From an uncultured Nitrososphaerota archaeon (GTDB lineage: Archaea; Thermoproteota; Nitrososphaeria; Nitrososphaerales; Gagatemarchaeaceae), in assembly GCA_963703285.1 (NCBI GenBank), contig OY969807.1, positions 1 through 64,000 of the forward strand: a stretch of 64,000 nt of DNA. Reading direction: 5' to 3'. Below are positions 49,209 to 58,365 of the stretch, in pieces. The notes below the pieces were generated by a model that was given only the letters and a program-made list of their open reading frames with translations, made no database searches and was not told the DNA's origin. Numbering within the stretch: the stretch's first letter is position 1; the number at the start of each line of letters is the position of its first letter. A program made the translations under genes and the position numbers.

Positions 49209-49926
49209 ACTTCTGCCGCGCTCCTAGTACCCGCTCGATAACTAATCTGCCGTAGCCGAAATCTATTGCTAGTTTGACTATCGGTACCCGGTCGGTGTTG
49301 TAACGGTAGCGAATCATTGATTGCTCTTCTTCGGTCACGCAAATCCTTGTCGCGGCGTGAGCTTTTTCGAGATTTAGGGCAACCTTCAGTCTCAGCCCCT
49401 CAGACCGTGTGTATGGAATCTTCGCTGTCTTTAGTATCCCCACCTTATTTCCAATTTCTACTTCGTGGTTCACACAGCGTACTAGTTCATCCCCCGTAGT
49501 TCTGTCTTCTAGATAATCAACTATGGCTTGCAGTTCCGCTCTTTTCTTATACACGTACGGCAGCATTTCTTTCGATGCGAGGAGTACTCCGTCGAGGTTG
49601 GGAATTCTAATCTGCCATGCCGATAACCGATGTTCGAATTTCTTTTTCGTGAGACCACCTGCCCGAATGCCCTTCAGACTTAGAAAATTTCCCACTGCGA
49701 TTAGCTGCCTGTCCCAATTGTCAGTGAATCCGATCTTGACATTGATTGTGAATTGGCCAAGTTTCTCTTCCACATTTCCGTCCCCATCGAAAAAACCGGC
49801 TACGACGGGCCAGCCTTTGTATCCATCATCCAATATCCCACAGGTTCTTGAATAAAGGTCCGGCGGTATCGGAAAATTCATTGGCGCGTTTTTCCGCGGC
49901 CTCCCAGGCCTCGGTTTGCTCTCCAT
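49207..49926 (-). CDS. Free-standing single-motif LAGLIDADG homing endonuclease
   Basis: VVAGFFDGDGN motif, N-terminal RPGRPRK, C-terminal HTH-like helices, low GC. Confidence 0.85.
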   Translation of the reverse strand: MESKPRPGRPRKNAPMNFPIPPDLYSRTCGILDDGYKGWPVVAGFFDGDGNVEEKLGQFTINVKIGFTDNWDRQLIAVGNFLSLKGIRAGGLTKKKFEHRLSAWQIRIPNLDGVLLASKEMLPYVYKKRAELQAIVDYLEDRTTGDELVRCVNHEVEIGNKVGILKTAKIPYTRSEGLRLKVALNLEKAHAATRICVTEEEQSMIRYRYNTDRVPIVKLAIDFGYGRLVIERVLGARQK

Positions 49927-50153
49927 GATTGTGTAGGATGACCTTACTTATCATCACCACCCTCAGGAGTATCTCACACGACTAGGGAAAGCGATAACCA
50001 GGCAGTCTTCGGTCGCCGAAGCGGTCTTGAGTGTAGGTCATAGGCAGTTCGAGTATCGGGTGACTTGGGGAAGTTTCTTAAGGAGGTGGTAGACGGGCTC
50101 AACGATTCAAAGACTTGAGTTCTGACGAGGAGCTGTTGCGGGATCGTTGGGCT
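49209..50153. mobile_element. 945-bp homing endonuclease cassette inserted in rps11, carrying a replacement gene start
   Basis: TGGGCT at both junctions (49203-49208 and 50148-50153); exact removal restores a continuous rps11. Confidence 0.75.
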
Positions 50154-50522
50154 GTCGTGCACATCTACAGCTCCTACAACAACACCATAGTCCACATCAC
50201 CGACCTGACTGGTGCGGAGACCATCTCCTTCTCCTCGGGCGGGAGGCACGTGAAGGCCGACAGGTTCGAGGCCTCGCCCTACGCGGCGATGCGGTCGGCG
50301 TCCGCGGCGTCCGACGTCGCCAAGGGGAAGGGAATCACCGCCGTCCACATCAAGGTGAGAGCGGTTGGTGGCACGGGTCCGAGGACACCAGGTCCCGGCG
50401 CTCAGGCGGCGATCAGGGCCATCGCCCGCTCTGGCTTCAGGATAGGACGAATAGAGGACGCCACCCCCATACCTCACGACACGACCAGGAAGAAGGGTGG
50501 GCGCAGAGGAAGAAGGGCGTAA
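50115..50522 (+). CDS. rps11: 30S ribosomal protein uS11
   Basis: [35 protein letters not shown]. Confidence 0.96.
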   Translation: MSSDEELLRDRWAVVHIYSSYNNTIVHITDLTGAETISFSSGGRHVKADRFEASPYAAMRSASAASDVAKGKGITAVHIKVRAVGGTGPRTPGPGAQAAIRAIARSGFRIGRIEDATPIPHDTTRKKGGRRGRRA

Positions 50523-50651
50523 GAAGACCTCACGACTTTACTGCGGCTAGTCTCCCGCCCAACTAGGCCTGAGAACCTGATGGCGTGTGAATGCTTTTAA
50601 ACCCCACACCCGCCCGCGTTAAAACTTAGCCCGCCGGAGTGATTGTTGGGA

Positions 50652-51296
50652 ATGGTTATCGCCAAGGTCAAAGTGCTCGAGGAGAGCGACGAGAAGGTCT
50701 CGTTACAGCTAGAGGGCGTAGACCGGTCCTACGCCAACGCCATCCGGCGCTTCTGCATCTCCGAGGTCCCCGCCATGGCCATCGACGACATCGTGATCCT
50801 CGAGAACTCCTCGGTGCTCTACGACGAGATCCTCGCCCACAGGCTTGGGATGATCCCCCTCCGCACCGACCTTGAGCGCTACGTCCTCCCCGAGAAGTGC
50901 GACTGCGGCAACCCGCTCGGGTGCCAGAAGTGCAGGGTGCTCATCGTCCTCGACGCCGTCGCGACCGACAAGCCGCGCACCGTCCTCTCCGGAGACCTGG
51001 TCTCCGAGGACAGGGAGATACGGCCCGTAAGCCCGAACATACCGATAGTCAAGCTGGCCGCTGGCCAGTCCGTGAAGCTCGAGGCGTACGCCAGGCTCGG
51101 GAGGGCCAAGGAGCACGCCAAGTGGCAGCCCTCGACCACGTCGGTGTTACTGGAGGGCAAGCCGGAGGGCTCGTTCATACTGAAGGTGGAGAGCTCGGGC
51201 TCGATGCCAGCCAAGGAGATTGTGACACGGGCTATCCAGAAGCTGGAGGAGAAGCTGCAGGACCTGCACACCGAAGTGAGTAGTAAGACAGAATGA
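50652..51296 (+). CDS. rpoD: DNA-directed RNA polymerase subunit D (Rpo3)
   Basis: ANAIRR, DEILAHRLGMIPL, HAKWQP. Confidence 0.95.
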   Translation: MVIAKVKVLEESDEKVSLQLEGVDRSYANAIRRFCISEVPAMAIDDIVILENSSVLYDEILAHRLGMIPLRTDLERYVLPEKCDCGNPLGCQKCRVLIVLDAVATDKPRTVLSGDLVSEDREIRPVSPNIPIVKLAAGQSVKLEAYARLGRAKEHAKWQPSTTSVLLEGKPEGSFILKVESSGSMPAKEIVTRAIQKLEEKLQDLHTEVSSKTE

Positions 51297-51643
51297 AGTC
51301 CAACACAGTCCTCAGGACACAGGCAATAATGCTCGAGAGGCTCGGAAGGAAGCAGAAGATCGGCGTCTGGAGGGACGCCGCGGCCTACCTGAGCGCGCCG
51401 ACCCGCAACGAGACGATCGTCAACGTGACGAGGCTCGCCCGCGCAGAGGAGGGCGACGCACCGCTCTTCGTCCCGGGCAAGGTGCTGGGAGGGGGGGCGC
51501 TGGAGAAGAAGGTGGTCGTCGGCGCGTTCTCGTTCTCCTCCGCCGCTAGGAAGAAGATAGAGACCGCCGGGGGCGAGGCGCTGGGGATAGATGAGTTCGT
51601 GAAGCGGTTCCCAGACGGGAGTGGTGTCAGACTTGTCAAGTGA
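51293..51643 (+). CDS. rpl18e: 50S ribosomal protein eL18
   Basis: VPGKVLGGG, FSSAARKKI. Confidence 0.93.
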   Translation: MKSNTVLRTQAIMLERLGRKQKIGVWRDAAAYLSAPTRNETIVNVTRLARAEEGDAPLFVPGKVLGGGALEKKVVVGAFSFSSAARKKIETAGGEALGIDEFVKRFPDGSGVRLVK

Positions 51644-52076
51644 ACAGAACACGATCTACGTGGACGCCTCGGGGCAGATAGCGGGGCGCATGTGCTCCAA
51701 GGTCGCCCTCGAGCTGCTGTCCGGCAAGCGGGTCGTCGTCCTCAACGCGGAGAACGCCCTGGTCTCGGGCAGGGCCAGCAGCGTCTACCGGCAGTGGCAG
51801 GCGAGGCTTGAGATATACAGCCACGTGAACCCGATATACGGGCCCATCCATCCGCGGAGGCCCGACAACATCCTCCGAAGGATGGTCCGCGGCATGGTCC
51901 CGAAGACCAAGGCCAAGGGTGTGAGCGCCATGTCCCGGCTCCGTGTCTACATGGGAGTCCCGACCAAGTACGCAGGCGTCAAGGCGAGCAAGTTCGACGA
52001 CGCCCTTGCGACGAGGCCGCTCCCGAGCTACACGACGATCGCCGAGATAGCGAAGAACATAGGATGGAATGGTTAA
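51621..52076 (+). CDS. rpl13: 50S ribosomal protein uL13
   Basis: GRMCSKVA, RMVRGMVP, LRVYMGVP. Confidence 0.95.
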   Translation: MVSDLSSEQNTIYVDASGQIAGRMCSKVALELLSGKRVVVLNAENALVSGRASSVYRQWQARLEIYSHVNPIYGPIHPRRPDNILRRMVRGMVPKTKAKGVSAMSRLRVYMGVPTKYAGVKASKFDDALATRPLPSYTTIAEIAKNIGWNG

Positions 52077-52500
52077 GATGGTATCCCAATCCAAGCAGAA
52101 GACGAAGCCCAAGCTCTATCCCGGCTCGAGGAAGACGTCCAGGGCGACGGCGGCGATACACGCAGGGCAGGGGCGGATACGCGTCAACGGGGTGCCGCTC
52201 GAACTCTGCGAGCCGGAGGTGGCCAGGCTGCACATGCTCTCCCCCGTCGCGGTCGTCGGGGACCTGAGGGAGAAGTACGACATCGACGTAAACGTCTCCG
52301 GCGGCGGATTCATGAGCCAGGCCGACGCGGTCGCCATGTCCCTTGCGAGGGCCTACGTCGACCAGGTGAAGGGGGCCGAGCTCCGGGAGAGGATGAACGC
52401 CTTCAGCAAGTACCTCCTGTCGGGCGACCCCAGGCAGACGGAGCCCAAGAAGTTCGGCGGCCCCGGGGCCAGGCGCAAGAGGCAGAAATCATACCGGTGA
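52069..52500 (+). CDS. rps9: 30S ribosomal protein uS9
   Basis: [30 protein letters not shown]. Confidence 0.96.
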   Translation: MVKMVSQSKQKTKPKLYPGSRKTSRATAAIHAGQGRIRVNGVPLELCEPEVARLHMLSPVAVVGDLREKYDIDVNVSGGGFMSQADAVAMSLARAYVDQVKGAELRERMNAFSKYLLSGDPRQTEPKKFGGPGARRKRQKSYR

Positions 52501-52507
52501 GAATGAT

Positions 52508-52720
52508 ATGTTAGTACCCATCCGATGCTTCACGTGCGGGAAGCTCATAGGCGACAAGTTCTCCGAGCTCGAGGTCCGCGTCAAGGCCGGCGAGGACCCG
52601 GGGAAGGTCCTCGACGAGCTCCAGGTCACGAGGTACTGCTGCAGAAGGATGATGATAACATCAGTCGACCTGATCGACCAGGTCCTCCCCTACTACCAGC
52701 AGAAGAACCCCGGACCCTGA
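52508..52720 (+). CDS. rpoN: DNA-directed RNA polymerase subunit N (Rpo10)
   Basis: [16 protein letters not shown]. Confidence 0.96.
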   Translation: MLVPIRCFTCGKLIGDKFSELEVRVKAGEDPGKVLDELQVTRYCCRRMMITSVDLIDQVLPYYQQKNPGP

Positions 52721-52728
52721 GCTGAAGG

Positions 52729-53964
52729 ATGCAGATTCAGGACGTCCGGCTGAGAATCTGTTTCAACGGCCGTGGAGACCTCGGAATCGAGGCGGACGTC
52801 AGGGTGGGCGGGAAGCTCGGGCGAGCGCTCTCCCCCTCGGGGGCCAGCCGCGGTTCGAACGAGGCGCTCCCCTTCGCCGGAGGCAGCGCTGACAGAACGG
52901 TGGCGGAGTTCGAGACCTACAAGCGCAGGATCGTCGGCTTCGACGCCGCCGACATCGACGGGCTGGGCCGTCTCCTGAGGGAGATAGACGGGACGACGGA
53001 CTACTCCCGCATCGGCGGCTCGCTGGCCTACTCCGTGAGCGTCGCTGCGGCCGAGGCCGAGGCGAACGCAAGGGGCATCCCCCTCTGCAGGGTGATCGAC
53101 CCCGATTCTTCGGTGATCGCATTCCCCCTCGGGAACGTGATCGGTGGAGGCAAGCACGCCAGCGACCTCTCCCCGTCAGTCCAGGAGATACTCGTCACGG
53201 CGGTGGGCGCGGGGTCAGTGAGCGAGGCCGAGCAGCTGAACTTCGAGGTGCACAGGGCCGTTGGAAAGCGGCTCTCCAAGATGCTCTCCTACCCGCTCGG
53301 GAGGGGGGACGAGGGTGGCTGGGCCCCCGGGATAACGGACGAGCAGGCTCTGCTCGTGGTCTCCGAGGAGGCGGCGCGGGTCCAGGACGAGCGTGGCAGG
53401 AGGATCCGCGTGGGGGTCGACGTCGCAGCCGACAGCCTGCACGACGATAAGAAGGGCGGATACTTTTACCGGTCGACGGGGAAAACACTCTCGAGGGAGG
53501 AGCAGATCGCTTTCATCGGGGAGATCGTGGACAGGTTCGGCCTCTTCTACGTCGAGGACCCCCTCTACGAGGACGACTTCGAAGGCTACGCGAAGCTCCA
53601 CTCGTCGCTCGGCAGGACCCTGATAGTGGGCGACGACCTCTACACGACAGACCCCGAACGCCTCAGGACGGGGATTGAGAGGAAGAGCACCAACGGCGTG
53701 ATCGTCAAGGTGAACCAGATAGGGACGCTGGGAGAGGCCGCGCGCTTCTCCAAGCTCGCCCGCGAGCACGGCCAGCTCCTGGCGGCCTCCCACCGGTCGG
53801 GCGACAACGAGGGCGGCCACCTGGCCCACTTCGCCGTCGGGTTCGGCTGCGCCCTGATGAAGTGCGGCGTGGTCGGCGGCGAGAGGACGGCGAAGGTGAA
53901 CGAGCTTATCCGCATCTCGGAGACCCTCGGCGCGAACCCCGACCCGTCGTGGGCCGGTCCGTGA
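52729..53964 (+). CDS. eno: Enolase
   Basis: PSGAS, GDEGG, VEDP, GDDL, KVNQIG, SHRSG. Confidence 0.92.
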   Translation: MQIQDVRLRICFNGRGDLGIEADVRVGGKLGRALSPSGASRGSNEALPFAGGSADRTVAEFETYKRRIVGFDAADIDGLGRLLREIDGTTDYSRIGGSLAYSVSVAAAEAEANARGIPLCRVIDPDSSVIAFPLGNVIGGGKHASDLSPSVQEILVTAVGAGSVSEAEQLNFEVHRAVGKRLSKMLSYPLGRGDEGGWAPGITDEQALLVVSEEAARVQDERGRRIRVGVDVAADSLHDDKKGGYFYRSTGKTLSREEQIAFIGEIVDRFGLFYVEDPLYEDDFEGYAKLHSSLGRTLIVGDDLYTTDPERLRTGIERKSTNGVIVKVNQIGTLGEAARFSKLAREHGQLLAASHRSGDNEGGHLAHFAVGFGCALMKCGVVGGERTAKVNELIRISETLGANPDPSWAGP

Positions 53965-54105
53965 CGGTGGCGTGCAACTCTTCGACCTCAATACGCTTAA
54001 AAGACGTTACCCGGGAAGCCGAAAGGCTCGAGACAGCAACATTGGTGAACTGGAATAAGTAACATTGCGGAACACGGCGATGACGAGGGCGGGTCTGAGG
54101 AGAAG

Positions 54106-54735
54106 ATGGTCATCCCCCAGCTCTCTGAGAAGGCCCTCCTGGCTACGGGCATCAGGATAGGGACCCAGGTCCGCACCAAGACAATGGAGCAGTTCACGAC
54201 AAGGCCGAGGCCTGACGGGCTCCACCTCATCGATTACTCCAAGACGCTCCACAGGATCGACGTCGCGGGCAGGTTCATCGCGTTCATGGGCGCTGCAAAC
54301 ACGGTGGTCTACGCGTCCAAGGACTACGGCAGGGTCCCGGTCGAGAAGTTCTGCGAGGTGACCGGGGCGATCGCGGTCACCGGTAGGTTCATGCCGGGGA
54401 CGTTCACCAACCCGCTCTACCCAGGCCACCTCGATGCCGAGCTGGTGGTCGTGGCCGACCCGGCCTCCGACACCCAGGCGATCATCGAGGCCGCGAAGAT
54501 GGGCATCCCGGTCATCGCCGTCTGCGACACAGACAACATCACCGACGACGTCGACGTCGTCATCCCTGGGAACAACAGGGGAAGGAAGGCGCTCGCGGCG
54601 ATATTCTGGCTCCTCGCCAGGTCGGTGCAGACCCACTCTGGGGCCCTAGCGGGGGACCAGCAGATGAAGTACACCATCGACGACTTCGAGACCAAGCTCC
54701 TCGAGTCCGACCTCGAGGGCGAGGAAGAAGAGTAA
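54106..54735 (+). CDS. rps2: 30S ribosomal protein uS2 (true start may lie slightly upstream)
   Basis: GIRIGT, GRFMPGTFTNP, IPGNNRG. Confidence 0.95.
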   Translation: MVIPQLSEKALLATGIRIGTQVRTKTMEQFTTRPRPDGLHLIDYSKTLHRIDVAGRFIAFMGAANTVVYASKDYGRVPVEKFCEVTGAIAVTGRFMPGTFTNPLYPGHLDAELVVVADPASDTQAIIEAAKMGIPVIAVCDTDNITDDVDVVIPGNNRGRKALAAIFWLLARSVQTHSGALAGDQQMKYTIDDFETKLLESDLEGEEEE

Positions 54736-54778
54736 GCTCCAAATCTCTTAAATCAAGACCACCGCCTCGGTATCCCCA

Positions 54779-55618
54779 ATGATTGCAAGGAGGCCTGTGG
54801 TCGCGGGTAGCTTCTACCCCGAGGATCCGGCGGAGCTGAGGTCTCTTATACGCAAGTCCTACAAGCACCCGCTCGGTCCGGGGTCGCTCCCACCGTCGAA
54901 GGTCGCCGCGGAGGGGGTCATGGCCTGCGTCTGCCCCCACGCCGGATACATCTACTCCGGCCCCGTCGCCGCCCACAGCTTCCTCTGGCTCTCGTCGCTT
55001 CGCCGGCCGGAGCTCGTCGTGATATTCGGTCCGAACCACTACGGCCTAGGGAGCGGCATCTCCACATTCCGGGAGGGAGCGTGGGCGACGCCGCTCGGCA
55101 ACCTCCAGGTCGACACCGAGGCGGCCGCGAGGATCGTCGAACTCACGGGGCTCGTCGACTACGACCCGGAGTCCCAGAGGAGGGAGCACTCGATAGAGGT
55201 CCAGCTGCCCTTCCTGCAGGAGATCTACACCTCCTTCAAGTTCCTCCCCATCTGCCTCTCGTTCCAGGACATCGAGACCGCCAGAGAGCTCGGCAGGGGC
55301 GTCTCCCGCCTCCTGAAGGGCCGCAACGCGATACTCATCGCCTCCTCCGACCTCACCCACTACGAGCCCGCCGCGGTCGCCAGGGAGAAGGACGCGGCCC
55401 TCCTCGAGACAGTGATGCGGCTCGACGTCGAAGCCTTCTACGGGGTCCTCGAGGCCCGGGGCGTGACGGCCTGCGGCTACGGGGCCATCGCAACCGTGAT
55501 GGAGGCGAGCCGTCTGCTCGGCTTCGGGCGCGGCGTACTGCAGAAATACGCAACCAGCGGGGAGACGACCGGAGACAACGATGCCGTCGTGGGCTATCCC
55601 TCCGTCGTATTCCGGTGA
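54779..55618 (+). CDS. MEMO1 family protein (AmmeMemoRadiSam B)
   Basis: VAGSFYP, PHAGYIYSG, EHSIEVQLPFLQ, SSDLTHY, CGYG. Confidence 0.92.
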   Translation: MIARRPVVAGSFYPEDPAELRSLIRKSYKHPLGPGSLPPSKVAAEGVMACVCPHAGYIYSGPVAAHSFLWLSSLRRPELVVIFGPNHYGLGSGISTFREGAWATPLGNLQVDTEAAARIVELTGLVDYDPESQRREHSIEVQLPFLQEIYTSFKFLPICLSFQDIETARELGRGVSRLLKGRNAILIASSDLTHYEPAAVAREKDAALLETVMRLDVEAFYGVLEARGVTACGYGAIATVMEASRLLGFGRGVLQKYATSGETTGDNDAVVGYPSVVFR

Positions 55619-55624
55619 CCCTGC

Positions 55625-56557
55625 TTGAAGGTCGTCGCCGAGGCTCCCGGAAAGGTCATCATAACCGGGGAACACTTCGTGGTGCACGGGGCGCTCGCCC
55701 TCGCGGCTGCCCTCGGCCAGAGGACAAGAGTGGAGGCCTCCCAGTCGGCCGGCCTCGTGGTGGAGACACCCGTCACCGGAGGCAGGCCCGCCGGTTCCGC
55801 GCCACTGCCCGTCGAGAAGGTGGTCAGGGAGATGTACAGGGAGAGGTCGATCGAGCCCCGGGTGAGGGTGGCGGTCAGCTCCGAGCTCCCCCCGGGGGCG
55901 GGTCTCGGTTCGTCAGCATCGACGATGGTCGCGGCCGTCGCCGCGGTCAGCAGGCTCGAGGGATGGAACATGGACCTCACCTCGATCATAGAGACGGCGA
56001 TGCTGGGGGAGAGGGCCATCCACGGCCAGCCCTCGGGGATCGACGTCGCGGTCTCCGCGATCGGCGGTGTCATCCAGTTCAGGGTCGGCGAAGAGCCAAG
56101 GAGGATCGACGTCCCGGCGCCCGTCAGGCTGCTTGTCGTCAACTCCGGGGAGAGGCGGTCGTCCAAGCGGCTCATCAGCAAGGTCTCCTCGATGAAGGGC
56201 GTCTACCCGCACCTCTTCTCGAAGCTCTGCGAGTCTGCCTCTCTCGTCACTCAGCTAGCCACCGAGCGCTTCCTAGACGGGAGGCTCGACGAGCTGGGCA
56301 GGATCATGACCTACAACCACGCGGTCCTCGCGACCGTCGGAGCCTCCAACTCGAGGCTCGACCGCCTCGTCGACCGCTGCATAGAGTTAGGGTGCTACGG
56401 GGCAAAGCTGACGGGAGCGGGAGGGGGCGGGAGCGTACTTGCGGTCGCGCCCCGAGCGATCGAGGAGAAGGTCGTGGCCCAGCTCGCGGGGCGGGGCTTC
56501 GCATGCTTTCCCACGGAGGTGCCGTCAGGAGGGGTCAAGGTGTGGACGACAGAATAG
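55625..56557 (+). CDS. mvk: Mevalonate kinase
   Basis: APGKVIITGEHFVVHG, GLGSSA, PSGID, KLTGAGGGG. Confidence 0.93.
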   Translation: MKVVAEAPGKVIITGEHFVVHGALALAAALGQRTRVEASQSAGLVVETPVTGGRPAGSAPLPVEKVVREMYRERSIEPRVRVAVSSELPPGAGLGSSASTMVAAVAAVSRLEGWNMDLTSIIETAMLGERAIHGQPSGIDVAVSAIGGVIQFRVGEEPRRIDVPAPVRLLVVNSGERRSSKRLISKVSSMKGVYPHLFSKLCESASLVTQLATERFLDGRLDELGRIMTYNHAVLATVGASNSRLDRLVDRCIELGCYGAKLTGAGGGGSVLAVAPRAIEEKVVAQLAGRGFACFPTEVPSGGVKVWTTE

Positions 56558-57315
56558 TCGTGGTCAAGATCGGCGGCTCGCTCATGGGCAAGGAGCCCGA
56601 GTTTTCCTACAGGGCAGAGGCGGTCGCTCCCGTGGCGAGGGCGATAGCCCGCTCCGGCGTCAAGGTGGTCGTCGTCCACGGAGGCGGGGCGTTCGGCCAC
56701 CCCGTCGCGAAGAGATACGGCCTCTCTTCGAGCTCGACAAGCCGCTCATCGAGGGGCGTAAGCGAGACGCGGCGCGCCATGTTCGACCTCAACATCCGCG
56801 TCTGCGACTCGCTGATGGCCGAGGGGCTCCGCCCCTACGCCTTCTCGCCCTTCCCCCTACTCGCCTCCGCGGGGAGGAGGGGCGAGGCCTGGCTCCGCTG
56901 GCTGCTCTCCGAGTCGCTCACCCCGGTCACCTTCGGTGACGTCGTCCGCGACGGGGAGGGGTTCAGGGTACTTTCGGGAGACTCCATCGCCCGCCAGCTC
57001 TCGACGCTCCTGCGCGCGGAGCGCTGCGTCTTCGCGGTGGACGTCGAGGGCGTCATGGGGCCCCGCGGGCTCCTGAGCACCATCGACGCGAAGACCCTCG
57101 CCGAGCTGGAGTTCGCGGAGTCCCGCGACGCGACCGGAGGGATGCGGCAGAAGCTGAGGGAGGCGCTCGAGATCGCCAGCGCCGGGACCGAGGTCGCGAT
57201 CGTCTCCGGTCTCAGACCTGCAGAATTCTCCAAAGCCTTAAAGGGTCTCAGCTTTCACGGCACCACAGTCGAGGTTCCTTCCCGTGACCAAGAGCGAAGA
57301 CGCGAGCGTTCGTGA
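56542..57315 (+). CDS. ipk: Isopentenyl phosphate kinase
   Basis: KIGGS, VHGGGAFGH, SGDS, DATGGM; 3' part of ORF 55081..57315. Confidence 0.9.
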   Translation: MDDRIVVVKIGGSLMGKEPEFSYRAEAVAPVARAIARSGVKVVVVHGGGAFGHPVAKRYGLSSSSTSRSSRGVSETRRAMFDLNIRVCDSLMAEGLRPYAFSPFPLLASAGRRGEAWLRWLLSESLTPVTFGDVVRDGEGFRVLSGDSIARQLSTLLRAERCVFAVDVEGVMGPRGLLSTIDAKTLAELEFAESRDATGGMRQKLREALEIASAGTEVAIVSGLRPAEFSKALKGLSFHGTTVEVPSRDQERRRERS

Positions 57316-58363
57316 AGTAGTCCGCAGGAAGGAAGAAGGGATCGACGTGGTCCTGGGGAAGGACGTCCAGGCTAGGGAGGTGACTACGCTGCTCGAGTGC
57401 GTCCACCTGATACACTGCGCGCTCCCGGAGATGGACATGGCCGAGATAGACCTCTCGACGGACTTCCTCGGAAAGAAGCTCCTCTCCCCGATCGTGGTGG
57501 ACTCGATGACCGGCGGCGCCCCCAAGGCGGAGGAGATCAACGGGACGCTCGCCGAGGTCGCCGAGGAGATGGGGTTCGCGATGGGGCTCGGGAGCCAGAG
57601 GGCCGGTCTGATCTCCGAGGAGATGGCCAGGACCTACTCCATCGCGAGGAAGAAGGCCCCCTCCGCCTTCCTCTTCGCGAACATCGGCGGTGCCCAGCTC
57701 GCCAAGGGGTTCACCGTCAAGGACGCAGAGAGGCTCGTCGCGATGATACAGGCAGACGCCCTCGCCGTCCACCTAAACCCGCTCCAGGAGGTCATCCAGC
57801 CGGAGGGCGAGGCCTCGTTCAAGGGTGTCCTCGCCTCGATAGCGCACCTCTGCGCGGAGATATCGGTCCCCGTCATCGTCAAGGAGGTCGGGGCGGGGAT
57901 AAGCAAGGACGTGGCCCTGGAGCTCGAGGGCGCCGGCGTGAAGGCCATCAACGTCTCGGGCGCAGGCGGGACGAGCTGGGCCGGCGTCGAGGCGATAAGG
58001 GCCGCCGAGAAGAGGAACTCGTCCAAGGCCTCCCTGGGGGCCCTCTTCTGGGACTGGGGGATACCGACCGCAGCCGCGCTCATCGAGGTAAGGGACGCCG
58101 TCTCCGTCCCCGTGATAGCCTCCGGCGGCCTGAGGAACGGCCTCGAGGTCGCCAAGTGCCTCTCCCTCGGCGCAGACCTCTGCGGGATGGCGAGGCCGAT
58201 GCTCGAGAGCGCGACCAGGGGGCGGAGGGCCCTCGAGGAGTTCGCGGAGCAGACCCTCCTGGAGCTGCGGACGTCGATGTTCGTCTCGGGCGCCAGGACA
58301 CCCGCCGAGCTCAGAGAGGTCAGGAAGATAATCACGCCCCCGCTGACCTACTGGGTTGACTGA
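57284..58363 (+). CDS. fni: Type 2 isopentenyl-diphosphate isomerase
   Basis: SMTGG, GSQR, HLNPLQE, KEVGAG, GGTSW. Confidence 0.95.
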   Translation: MTKSEDASVREVVRRKEEGIDVVLGKDVQAREVTTLLECVHLIHCALPEMDMAEIDLSTDFLGKKLLSPIVVDSMTGGAPKAEEINGTLAEVAEEMGFAMGLGSQRAGLISEEMARTYSIARKKAPSAFLFANIGGAQLAKGFTVKDAERLVAMIQADALAVHLNPLQEVIQPEGEASFKGVLASIAHLCAEISVPVIVKEVGAGISKDVALELEGAGVKAINVSGAGGTSWAGVEAIRAAEKRNSSKASLGALFWDWGIPTAAALIEVRDAVSVPVIASGGLRNGLEVAKCLSLGADLCGMARPMLESATRGRRALEEFAEQTLLELRTSMFVSGARTPAELREVRKIITPPLTYWVD

Positions 58364-58365
58364 CA

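Noticed and set aside
49209-50153. The rps11 insert as a group I or BHB intron
   Set aside because: The endonuclease is antisense, no junction register gives both an exon-terminal U and an intron-terminal G, no BHB pairing was evident, and a second in-frame start makes splicing unnecessary. Not excluded experimentally.
55081-56541. 744-aa ORF suggesting a long fusion to IPK
   Set aside because: The 5' part is an off-frame shadow of the MEMO1 and mvk genes; only 56542 onward looks like a real protein.
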